A stretch of 64,000 bases of DNA from a virus. The stretch spans positions 77,003 through 141,002 of IMG/VR virus record IMGVR_UViG_3300042914_002334, one strand, 5' to 3'. The position numbers were made by a program, and so were the translations under genes. Shown piece by piece: positions 37,310 to 49,700 of this stretch. A model generated the notes under the pieces. That model did not search any database. It saw only the letters and a list, made by a program, of their open reading frames with translations, and had not been told where the DNA came from. The number at the start of each line of letters is the position of its first letter. Positions within the stretch are counted from its first letter, which is position 1.

Positions 37310-40300
37310 ATGGCAACCAGCAGCAGACAAAGTGCTCTATTTGGAATTCAGGATTGGAAAAGATTCTATCAAACATATCGTGAGACTGACTTTCAAAGTT
37401 ATGATTATGAAACTTTGCGTAAAAGTTTCATAGACTATCTTACTACATACTACCCAGAAACTTTTAACGATTACATAGAAAGTAGTGAGTATGTTGCTTT
37501 ACTGGACGTCATTGCATACATGGGACAGGCTCTTTCATTTCGCGGAGACCTGAATGCAAGAGAAAACTTTATAGACACTGCTGAGAGAAGAGACAGCGTT
37601 GTTAAATTGGCCAACTTAGTTGGCTACACTCCAAAAAGAAATATTGCCGGTCAGGGTCTATTAAAGTTGACTGCAATTAGCACTACCGAAAACATACTTG
37701 ATTTGAACGGCAATAACATAGGAAATACTGTTGTGTTGTGGAATGACAGTGCTAATAAGTATTGGCAAGATCAATTCAATTTAATTCTCAACGCAAGTCT
37801 GACTAATAGTCAGAGAATAGGTCGTTCGGGAAATAGTAGCGTCATCAACGGAATAAAAAGCTACGAGTATACAATCAATATTGATCCAACTGAGTTGTCA
37901 GTTTTACCATTTAGTGCTCAAGTAGATGGCACATCTATGAATTTTGAATTAGTAAGTGTAAGTAGTGCTAATAGCGAAAATTATTATGAGTTGCCTCCCG
38001 GAAACAATGGTCAATTTGTTATGCTGCATCGCAATGACAAACTTGGCTACGGTAGCATCAATACTGGTTTCTTTTTTTACTTTAAACAGGGAACAATTCA
38101 AACTGCCGATTTTAGATTTTTGGAAAGTCTTGAAAATAATTTACAGCCGATAGACATTTTAGGCGTAAACAACGACGATACTTGGTTATACGAATTGGAT
38201 TCCGACGGAAATTCACAAACACAATGGACAAAAGTTGACAACATTTACGGAAACTATAGTTCACAAAGTGGCGGAACAAGAAAAGTTTTTGCAGTATCGA
38301 GTAGATTTAACGATCAGGTAAATTATGTTTTTGGCGATGGGACTTTTGGAGAAATTCCAGTCGGATCATTTAGAGCATATGTTCGTGAAAGTAATGCAAG
38401 AACATATACCATATATCCAAGTGAAATGCAGGGTATAGTTGTCAACTTAAATTATATCAGCAGAACAAACAAAGTCGAAACATTGACACTAACTCTGTCA
38501 TTGCAAACAACTTGCAGCACTGCATTAGAACGCGAGTCTATTACCAATATTAAAGATCGTGCTCCAGCAAGATACTATACTCAAAATCGTATGGTCAATG
38601 GAGAAGATTACAGCAATTTTCCATACACCAAATATAACAACATACTAAAAAGTATTGCTCTAAATCGCAGTAGCATAGGAATAACAAGAAACTTGGATTT
38701 GCTTGATCCTACTGCAAAATACAGCAGCGTAAACGTTTTCTCGGACGACGGCGCACTTTACACTGATAACATAGATCGCGTAATTACATTTAATAATACG
38801 AGCGTAAATTTGGCGTTAGAGTTCATAAGTTCAACTCTGAGTGTATCATTGAGTTCCAGAGAATCAATTCAATATTATTTTAGATATTACCCAAGATACT
38901 CTCCCGACTTGTCGGTTACTGGAATTCGATGGAAAACACTAACAGTTTCTAATAACAAAGTTTCTGGATATTTTTATGTAGTAAACGGCGGAATAGAAAT
39001 ACCAATAAATGTTGGTACAGGATCAAGTGGCAACTCAAGATATATAGTTCCAGGCACTCACATAAAATTCTCTGCACCAGCAGGAAAAGTTTTCGACGAT
39101 AACAATAGATTGATAAACGCAACATCAACCAATACAAAAAACTACATATGGGTTGGGGTTTCGGAGGTTATAGGAGATGGATATAATTTTGGAGAAGGGG
39201 CACTTAGCGATGGCAGCGGCCCAGTAAAACTATATGGGTATGTTCCGAGCGGCACCTTAGTAGCAAGCACTAATTCCATAATTCCAGCGTTTGATAATGC
39301 TCTTGATTCTGTAGTGGTCAACGAAGTGGTTGAATACATAAAACAGGGCGTCAGTTTCTGTTTATTATTTGACAACAGTGTAAATCAATCAAGTAGTAGA
39401 TGGTCTGTAAGCACGAAACTTACATCGAACTGGTTTGTCAAGTTCGTCTTTAACAGTCTAAATTCTGAATACACAGTGAACATTCGTAATACTAACTACT
39501 ATTTCGGAAGTGTGAACAATGTTAGATATGTATTTGATAAAAACAAAAAGATTTTTGATTACAAGAGCGGACAAATTCTGTCTGATTTTGTGAATGTGTT
39601 TAGAACTAATAGTAAACCAGATTATAGTTCAACATTAAGTATGGACAATGTATTGAACATAACGGATCAAGTAATGACAAGTGATGGTTACCCAGACGAT
39701 TACCAGGTAAAGGTAAGTAGTATTGGGTTAAACAACATATCGTATGACCCTGATTTTTACAATGCAATTGCCGGAGAAAATTCGGGATATGTGTTTTTCA
39801 AAAAAATAACAGACGCCGATTCTTTAGTCAGAAATGTTTTATTGGATAGCGGCGTGGTAGTATCCAATTACAACACGATTCAGGAAATTAGAGAGCATGT
39901 AAACGAATACTCAACAGGAACGGTATTTCATTATATAGACGGTAATCAGCAATCCGTGTTTTATCAATCACAAAAAAATACAACGGTCACCCAAACTGTC
40001 ACTGATTTAGTAAATGTGTCTGAATACTATTCGCAAAAATCTGGTCGTTCAAGATTGAACTTCCAATATAGACATAATAGCGACAATACTACAAGAATAG
40101 ATATGGCTACAACAAACATTATCGACTTGTATCTTGTGACACAAAGTTATTATACTCAGTATCAAAATTGGTTGATAGATTCTACTGATACTGTAGTAGA
40201 ACCAAGTAAACCAACAATACAAGAATTGCAATTATCATACTCTGAACTGAACAATTTCAAAATGATAAGTGACTCTGTAATTCTGAATAGTGTGACATTC

Positions 40301-40666
40301 AAGCCGCTATTTGGTAAAAAAGCAAGCAATGAATTACGAGGAAAGATAAAAGTAATTAAAAATCCATCAGTCACTGTCAGCGATAGTCAAATTCGAAGCA
40401 GTGTGTTAAACGCATTGAACACATACTTTACACTGGATAAGTGGGATTTTGGAGATACCTTCTATTTCAGTGAACTTAGTTCATATCTACATTACCAACT
40501 CAGTGGACTTATAAGTTCAGTAGTATTGGTTCCGGATAATTCAGATCAAAAATTCGGAGACTTGTATGAAATTAGAAGTGCTCCAAATGAAATCTTCGTA
40601 AACGGAGCCACAGCAACTGATATAGTAGTTATATCCAATTTGAACTCTCAAACGCTGAAACAATAG
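37310..40666 (+). CDS. gp6: baseplate wedge subunit
   Basis: SYDYETLR, DLNARENFIDTA.RRDSV..LA..VGY.P, FGDGTFGEIP, QNRMVNGEDY; late promoter CATAAATA 37282-37289. Confidence 0.9.
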   Translation: MATSSRQSALFGIQDWKRFYQTYRETDFQSYDYETLRKSFIDYLTTYYPETFNDYIESSEYVALLDVIAYMGQALSFRGDLNARENFIDTAERRDSVVKLANLVGYTPKRNIAGQGLLKLTAISTTENILDLNGNNIGNTVVLWNDSANKYWQDQFNLILNASLTNSQRIGRSGNSSVINGIKSYEYTINIDPTELSVLPFSAQVDGTSMNFELVSVSSANSENYYELPPGNNGQFVMLHRNDKLGYGSINTGFFFYFKQGTIQTADFRFLESLENNLQPIDILGVNNDDTWLYELDSDGNSQTQWTKVDNIYGNYSSQSGGTRKVFAVSSRFNDQVNYVFGDGTFGEIPVGSFRAYVRESNARTYTIYPSEMQGIVVNLNYISRTNKVETLTLTLSLQTTCSTALERESITNIKDRAPARYYTQNRMVNGEDYSNFPYTKYNNILKSIALNRSSIGITRNLDLLDPTAKYSSVNVFSDDGALYTDNIDRVITFNNTSVNLALEFISSTLSVSLSSRESIQYYFRYYPRYSPDLSVTGIRWKTLTVSNNKVSGYFYVVNGGIEIPINVGTGSSGNSRYIVPGTHIKFSAPAGKVFDDNNRLINATSTNTKNYIWVGVSEVIGDGYNFGEGALSDGSGPVKLYGYVPSGTLVASTNSIIPAFDNALDSVVVNEVVEYIKQGVSFCLLFDNSVNQSSSRWSVSTKLTSNWFVKFVFNSLNSEYTVNIRNTNYYFGSVNNVRYVFDKNKKIFDYKSGQILSDFVNVFRTNSKPDYSSTLSMDNVLNITDQVMTSDGYPDDYQVKVSSIGLNNISYDPDFYNAIAGENSGYVFFKKITDADSLVRNVLLDSGVVVSNYNTIQEIREHVNEYSTGTVFHYIDGNQQSVFYQSQKNTTVTQTVTDLVNVSEYYSQKSGRSRLNFQYRHNSDNTTRIDMATTNIIDLYLVTQSYYTQYQNWLIDSTDTVVEPSKPTIQELQLSYSELNNFKMISDSVILNSVTFKPLFGKKASNELRGKIKVIKNPSVTVSDSQIRSSVLNALNTYFTLDKWDFGDTFYFSELSSYLHYQLSGLISSVVLVPDNSDQKFGDLYEIRSAPNEIFVNGATATDIVVISNLNSQTLKQ

Positions 40667-40704
40667 TAAATATGATACTATTTAATTGTGATAAGTAATA
40701 GTAT

Positions 40705-43700
40705 ATGAACACTAAAATAAGAACTGTTGATTTTTTACCCGAAATTTTTAGAACTGACAGCAACTCTCAGTTTCTATCCGCGACACTTGATGTTCTTGTA
40801 AATCAGTCTGATCTTGCAAGAGTTCAAGGCTACATAGGAACCGACTACGGATACGGAATAAAATCGTCCGACAAGTATGTTGTAGAGCCTACAAAAAGTA
40901 GAACTGATTATCAGTTAGACCCAAGTGTAATATTTTTGAAAAAAGACACGCAATCTGCTATCGACTTCATCAATTATCCAAGTATGCTCAGAGCATTGGA
41001 TAATAAAGGTGCAAAAGTAGACAACGCAAATCGCTTGTTCAGTAATGAATTTTATAGTTGGGACCCATTTATTGACTATGACAAAATAGTCAATTATTCT
41101 CAATACTATTGGTTGCCGTTTGGTCCAGACTCGATTCCAATAGTAAACAGAACACTAATAGCGGGAACATACAATCTCAGAAGTATAGACTCGGCGTTTC
41201 AATTTACTATAAGACCAGATGAAAATCCAAGTCTTGGTCTTGTCAGAGGAAACACATACACTTTTGTGTTGGAAAGCGATGATCCAGAAGAAAAATTCTA
41301 CATACAGGGTGTTCCAGGATTGTCTGCGTTTCAGGGAACAACTGATACTCGTCTTTTGTATATAGATGAAATTTCATATGAAACTTTGCCGAATGGTAAA
41401 AAAAGTGTAACCTTTACGGTTCCGAGTAGTGACATTCAGAATGACTACATTGTATCTGGTAACTTGACTGTTGATTTAGTTTCTACTCTGACAGTTGCAG
41501 ATATTGACGGAAGAAATGTAAGCGAAATTTATTCAATAGACGAAATAACCGATATAAATGAAAAAACTTTATTGTTTTATAATGGCGATAATGAAGATTC
41601 TTTCTACACGATAAATGTGAACAATGGAGTGATATCTTTAACAAAAGATTTGACTTCGATTCCGTTAAACACAAAAATAACGATAAACAGCGGCGTTGAA
41701 TTTGCAGGACAACAGTTTTTCAGAAATTCTGACGAACAGATAACTCAAGTTCCTTATCTATATTCAATACAAGATGTTCTGTATTATCAGAGTAGTAAGA
41801 ATTCAAAAAGATTCGGATCACTACACATATATGATTCAAATGTTACCACTGAAATAAACATAGATGATATTCTTGACAAGAAAACCTATGTCAGTCCAAA
41901 TGGAATTAAATTCACAAATGGACTAAAAGTAAAATTTGACGATTCGGTAATTCCAAATTCATATGCAAATAAGGAATACTATGTCGAGGGAGTCGGCGAT
42001 GCTATTAAATTGTTGCCGACACTAAAATTTAGAGTAACCGAATTAAGCAGTGAGATTATTTATAACTTGTGGGACGATATTCCATGGGATATGAATAACT
42101 GGGATTCTGATTTGTATGAGTCGATAAAGCCAGATTACATCACCATCAATAGACACAGTAGAGATTATAACGCTTGGACAAGAAGTAACCGCTGGTTTCA
42201 TCAATCAGTGATTGATACTACGATCAATGCATTGGGTTATCTATCGGCAAGAAAAAATAATGTAATGACAAGAGCACTTCGCCCGATAATTGAGTTTCGT
42301 GGAAATTTACAATTACTAAACGGCGGAAAATATAGTCTTGGCTTCATCACGTATATTGATACTACAATCACAAGCGTTGAACAATTTGTTATCGACAACA
42401 CTAAGATGATTGACGGATTTCAGTTGTTAGCGGGAGATAGAGTAGTCTTTGCAAATGCAACAAATCGTGACAACAGAAAAAATGTTTATGTAGTCAGTTA
42501 TAACTCTGATTCAGATGACAGACAGATATTCTTGAATCCAGATGCATCGTATCAAGTTACTGAAGAGACTGAAATACATGTAAAATACGGTAATAATGCT
42601 AAGAGAGGAACAACCTGGCGTTGGATTGAATCAACAGAACAGTGGGTTCAATTACAAAGAAAGATAACAGTCAATCAGCCTCCATTATTTGACATTGTCA
42701 ATGACAATGACATTAGTTTTGCAAACACGAATCATTATCCAAATACTAATTTTGCTGGAACAAAATTATTCAGTTATACTCCAGGAGTTGGGGCGGCAGA
42801 TCAAGTTCTTGGCTTTCCATTAGCATACAGTAGTTTGAACAACATTGCCGACATCAATTTTACTGTAAATTATAATGGTGATGTTTTTTCTTTTACGAAT
42901 CAAGACCAAGCAATCACGCTGAATATAAATTCAGGCTATGTTAAACACAATTTATTGGATGGAACATTTGAATTATTGACTGGATGGGTTTCTGCCGCAG
43001 GAGATAGTTATCAAAAGCAAGTATTTAAATTTGAAATGAATGCGGGAGACTCAATGATGAAAATCAATCTCTCTCCAATACAAAACACTGTTTGGGAACC
43101 ATTTCAGATTTACATAGAGGATCGACTACTTGATAGTTTTGAATATACTTACACGGTGACAAATAATGTCACTACTGTAGTATTAGTGGAACCACTAAGA
43201 ACAAGCGGCGTGGTTACTGTAGCAATCTATTCTAACAGCACAGACCCTAACTCATACTACATAATACCAACCAATCTTTCAAGTAATCCATTTAACGATA
43301 ATATCGTGAATATTGATCTTGGAGATATAAGAAATCAATACAAAACCATATACTCTAATACTCCTGGTATTTCTGGAGTACCATATGGAATAAACAATAT
43401 ACACGATCTTGGAAAAATAAATCAGTATGGAACTTCTATAGTTCAGAACAGTGCCAGTTTGGTTCTTCCTGGAATATTCTTACGAAAGCCAGATATCAAT
43501 TTCTTTGACGCGCTGCAATTCAACAGCGATGAATACTACAATTACAAGACCTTGTTGGTTGAAATTGCCAATAAAAACGATTATAGTATTGAACAAACTC
43601 CACAGCAAATATTGGACAACATAATTTATGAAATAACAACTATAAAAAATAAATCCAATACATTTTTCTGGACCGATATGCTGTATTCTGGCAGCCCGTA

Positions 43701-46700
43701 TGTAACAAATACATACAAATTCAACACTGCGCCAGAAGATAATGTCTTGCAGTTGAGTAAAATGTATGACTTTACAAGTGCTAACTATAGCGGACTCGGA
43801 GTATATCTTACAAGAACGGCATCTGGTAGTAAGACTACAAGACAATTGATAAGAGATATAGATTATGTGATTAGTGATACTGATCCCGCTATAAGAATTC
43901 TTGTCAACATATTGGCTGGCGATAGTATTACGATTTACGAATACAATCAGACATATGGAAGTTATTGCCCGAGCACACCTACAAAATTAGGTCTATACCC
44001 AGCGTATGTTCCAACTATATATCACGATGAGATTGCAGGCCCAAATGTGTATTACATTGTTGGTCATGATGGCAGTTACAATAAATTATACGGAACATAC
44101 GAAAACAACAAACTGAATGACTTTAGAGATATAGCACTATTGGAATTTGAGACACGAATATACAATAACTTGAAGATAAACAGCGACAGTCCACTCACTG
44201 CTGATGATGTGTTCCCTGGACAATTTAGAAAGACTGAATATGCATATGAAGAAATTAATGATATGCATGCTACTAACTTTTTGAATTGGGTTGGAAGTAG
44301 CAGAGTTGATTTTAAGAAGCAATATTATCGCGTAAATAATCGATTCAGTTACAACTATAATCAATCATCTAACAAGTTGTCTGGCGGCTCAATCAAGCAA
44401 GGAAACTGGAGAGGCATTTATCGTTGGTTGTATGATACAGATAGACCGCATACGCATCCTTGGGAATTATTAGGACTGACTATTAAACCGCAATGGTGGG
44501 ACAGTAGATATGGTCCAGCGCCATACACAAGCGACAACTCATATATGTGGAAAGAAATCGCAGATGGCTATGTATGGAATAACGGACAGCCATATGTTGA
44601 TTCTAAGAAAGTACGATCTAAATTGCTAAGCATACTTCCAGTAGATAGTTCTGGAAAATTAGTAAGTCCGTTTGTGACTATAGTTGGTAACTACAATCAA
44701 CTTACATTTAACAATAATTGGAATGTAGGCGACTGCGGCCCAGCAGAATCGGCATACTTGCATAGCAGTTCTTGGCCATTTGATTTGATGAAGATTCTTG
44801 CTCTTACTAAACCAGCAAAGTTCTTTAACTTAATGGTTGATAGAGACAGATATGTTTATGATGATAACTTCAAACAGTATTTGTATGATAAAAAGTATCA
44901 TCTTGATTGTCGCAAATTAGAGTTGTACGGTAATGGTCAAGCAAAGCATAGTTATATCAATTGGGTAATAGACTATGTAAATGTTAAAGGATTGATAGGT
45001 CACGATGTTGTCACTGATTACATTAGAAATATCGATGTCAGACTGACATACAATCTTGGCGGATTCAGTTCTAAAGAATATCTAAAGTTCTACATAGAAA
45101 GAGCCACGCCAAATAGTAAAAATACAAGTTTCTTAATACCAGATGAAAGTTATACGGTTCTATTGTATGACAACATACCAGAAGAAACGATTCAGTATAG
45201 TTCGGTTATATTTCAGAAAGTAAAAGACGGATGGACCGTTTGGGGTAACAATCAATCCAAGAACTATTTTACTACTTTGATTCCAAGAGAAATGGGCCAA
45301 TATAGTAATATTGAATTTGATAACAGAGTTATCAGAGTATCAAAGAGTTGGTATGACAAGACGCAAATCGTGACATATGGAACAGTTTTCTACAGCATAC
45401 AGGCGGTTGCAGATTTTATAAACAACTACGGTCAATATTTAACAAAGCAGGGTGTAGTATTTGACACACAATACAACAATGTTGAATTGAATTGGGAACT
45501 GATGATTCGCGAATTTATGGCCTGGGCATATCAAGATTGGGAAGTAGGCAGCACAATAGCACTGAATCCTAATTCAAGAAAGTTCACCATAAATCGTGAG
45601 GGAGTCATTGTTCAGCCAATGACCGTCAATAATAACAATTATATTCTGAATCAGAATCTAATTCCTATACAAAATGAAAACTCAACAATTTATAGAAATG
45701 AAAAAGAGTTCACGGTAAGAGTCACTAACGCTGGAGATACCATTGGCTTTACAAGTCTGCAACTTAATAGCGTAGAGCATGCAGTTGTTTTTGACAATGT
45801 TTCTATATTTAACGATGTTATTTACAACTTAAAAACTGAGTTGCGTCAACCTCGCCTACTACTAAAAGGATACAAAACTAATAATTGGTCTGGATATTTA
45901 GATGCTCGTGGATTTATACTGAACGAAAATAATGTTAAACAATGGGAGCCAGGAGTTAAGTATCCAAAAGGACAAATAGTATTAAATAAAAATCTATACT
46001 GGTCCGCCACCAAGCTCATAGAACCACAGCAGACTTTTAATTCTATTGAATGGAAACAAATAGACTACGAACGAGTAAAAACAGGATTACTTAGAAATCC
46101 AAGCACTGATGCATACGAAAGCACACTATATTACGATAGCAATCGTTCTAATCTAAAGTTAGACGAGAATCTATTGGCATTTAGTTTGATTGGATACAGA
46201 CCTCGTGATTATTTGTCATCAGCCGACTTGAGCGACATAACACAAATAAATGTGTTCAAGAACATTGTTACCGAAAAGGGAACACTACAAGTTGCCAATG
46301 CATTCAAGAATGTCAAGTTTGATCAAGGAAGTATCGACTACACAATCAGAGAAAACTGGGCCATCAATACGGGAACTTTTGGAAACATACTAAGTAGCAA
46401 CTTCGTGGAGTTCAAGTTAGATCAGAATGCTCTAAATGGAAATCCAACTTTAATCGGATTTAGCGACAATGTCGCGATAGATGACGCTCATCAAACCGTA
46501 AAAATAACAGATATTATCAACTACGAGCGTCCTCCAGTAAGCAGTAATTTCTTGCCACAACTTGACACTTCTGATCCTACATTGGAATATTTGCCGAGCG
46601 CAGGCTATGTAGATATGCGTGATGCTGATTACGCAGTTTATGAGTTTGACAATCTGAATGAAGATAGAACCATAATTGACAATGTGAAGGTCGGAGACAC

Positions 46701-49700
46701 TATATGGATTGCAAAATACAAACACACATGGCAGATTTATACCGTGGTAGGACTGCAATCACAATGTGTAGAAGTAACCAATAACAAAAATGGAACTATA
46801 ATCGCGTCGTTCAATGAACCTCATGGATTGACAGTCAATCAGCATTTCACTATTGGAGATTTTAATAATTCTGTTGATGGGTTCTATACTGTAAAAGAAA
46901 TTAAATCAAACAACTCGGTGATTGCTTATGGATCGTTAGACAGTTCAATAGTAAAATTGTCTGGTCTTGGTATCTCAACTAAGTTAGTTTCTTTAAGACA
47001 TTCTCAGCCGTCCGACGTCATAAACACTAACATACAGTATAGTGAATTTAGAACCAAGAACGCATGGGTGGATAACGATAAGGATAATCATTGGGCTGTA
47101 TATTCTTCAAGTCCAGTATTTGTTGAAAAATCTTTAACTGGATATGTTGCTCCTAATACCATAGTATCGACTGTAGAATACAATGATCAACTCGGAGTAA
47201 TTTATGCCGCTCCAGCAGAGAATAAAGTTTTTTACTACAAAAACGATGTAGTAAAAAACATAACTATATCAAGCGAGTTGGATATTCAATTTGGAAAAAT
47301 ATTAGCAGTTGCTTCTGACAAATTGTTTGTTGGTTCGTTAAACAAGATTTATTACTACAAGTTAAATACCAGCACAAACGAGTTAGAAGCAATACAAATA
47401 TTGAATACTCAAGCAATAGATTTAGCGGCAAGCGTCGATGGAATCTGGCTATATGTTGCAAAGAGTTCAAGAATGATAGATGTATATCACTTGAATAGAA
47501 ATACAAACTCGTATGTAAAAGTTGATTCTGTTCAATGTCCAAATGACATTACCAGCGTCGTCACCAGTGTTGACGGATCAAAAGTGTTATGCGCTTCAAG
47601 CACTGCTACCATATCTAACATTGACAATGTTGGACAAGTTTTTGTGTTTAACAGAATTCGCGAAAGATATGTTGCTGACGGGGTGTCGCGAGAATTTAAT
47701 ACGCACTATTTTGTCCCTTCAAACACTGCTGATGTATATGATAACGGAGTTTTGATTTCAAGTAACAACGTGATCGTAAATGAATCGACGATTACGCTGA
47801 GAAATATTCCCAACGCTGGAAAAAATATAACGGTTGAATACGGAAAATTAGTTCTGTCTCAGACAATCAATAGTCCGACTATTGGAATAGGGGCAAGATT
47901 TGGACAGACTATAGATGTAAATCGTTACGGCGCAACATTCATAGTTGGAAGTCCTTATGAAATTATCAGAAAAAACACCAACAACAACAGTTCTATAACA
48001 GAAGGTGCAGTCTATGTCTATACAAATAGTGGACAACGATATGCACATATAAAACTTATTAATCCAGTCGTGGGCGAAAACGGCGTTATATTTATAAATG
48101 GATACAAAGTTCTTTTCCCTGAATCTGGAACCAACAATCTAAATGTAATATCGCAACTAATAAACAACAGCACACCAACAAACGTTGTGGCTACTGTAGT
48201 TGACAACACAATTGAAATTGGTTTGCGAGAATCAACAGATTCTGTTCCATATAACAACATAGATTTAGTTGGTGATCTTACCGTGCTAACGTCGTTAAAT
48301 TACGCGCCGTACAGCAACACGCAAAAAATTACATCGCCAAATTCAGATCAAAGTAGTCGTTTTGGTTTCTCGATATCAATGAACGAGCGTGATAGCATAG
48401 TAATTGGAGCGCCAACTGCCTCAATGATAGACTATACTACTTTTGATGTCACTAAAAACTGTCAGAATGACAACACTACATTTGACAATGACATCACAAC
48501 ATTTATTGACATTACGCTTAGAACTGGTATGGCATACGCTTATGAGTATCTGCCGGCGCATAACGAATCGATAGAAAATCCAGGACAATACGCATTTGGT
48601 CAGTATATCAAACCAACGATTGGACACTCAGGTTACAGCACGAAATCCAATTTTGCAATTGTTGTTAAACACGGCAACAATACTATTGTATCAGGCTCTC
48701 AAAATTGGATAAATTCACGGGGTTCTGTATTCTTGTTTAATAGTTCAACAGAATCTGCTGATCCTTGTCATGTTATAAAGTCAACGACTTGGTATGTAAA
48801 CAAGAAGCCAATAAACTCGGTGGATATCAACAAGATAAACAATATCAGTATATACAGCACCTCGGAGTCTAATTTTGTTGAGTATTTGGATTATATTGAC
48901 CCACTACGCGGCAAACTTTTCGGTGCTCTATCTACCAATATTGACATAGTTAGCGAACAAGACCCAGCGGGATACGATTCTGTAAGTTTGGCATGGAGTT
49001 CTGATCGTGTTGGAACAATATGGTTAAACCCAACAAATCTTAGATTGATGAACTATCAACAACCAGATGCTCAGTATAACTCAAGATATTGGGGGGTTGC
49101 ATTTAGCGGCAGCAGTGCTGATATATACACCTGGATTGAAAGTGATGTAATTCCTCTAAATTATAGTGGCACTGGATTCCCTATGACATATGACAAGTAT
49201 GCCACTGCCAGTGTAATGAATGATGCAACAAACAGTCTGACTACTAAGTATTACTTCTGGGTAAAAAATTACAGTGAAGTTCCTAAAAACAAAACTCTGA
49301 GTCCTATTGCATTAGAGCAATATCTGTTGAATCCTCAGTCAAGTGGTATTTCTTATCTTGCTCCGATATCTACAAATATGATTGCTCTTTATAATAGCGA
49401 AGAATACATTCGCAATTATGATTCAATAATGCATCTGGGATACGGAAATTCAACTTATGATGATAATAAGCACTATAGTTGGAAATTGATATCAACTGAA
49501 AGCGATGATAATCTAACTGGAATTCCAGACGCTAACAACTTGAAACCTTCTGGATTGTATCTAAAATATATTGACAGTTTCGCTGGAATTGATAGTAATA
49601 ATCTATCTGTCCCAGATACTCGATTGCCCGAAATATTAAGATACGGGGTTGGTTACAACCCAAGACAAAGTATGTTTATTGACAGAAGACAGGCACTAAA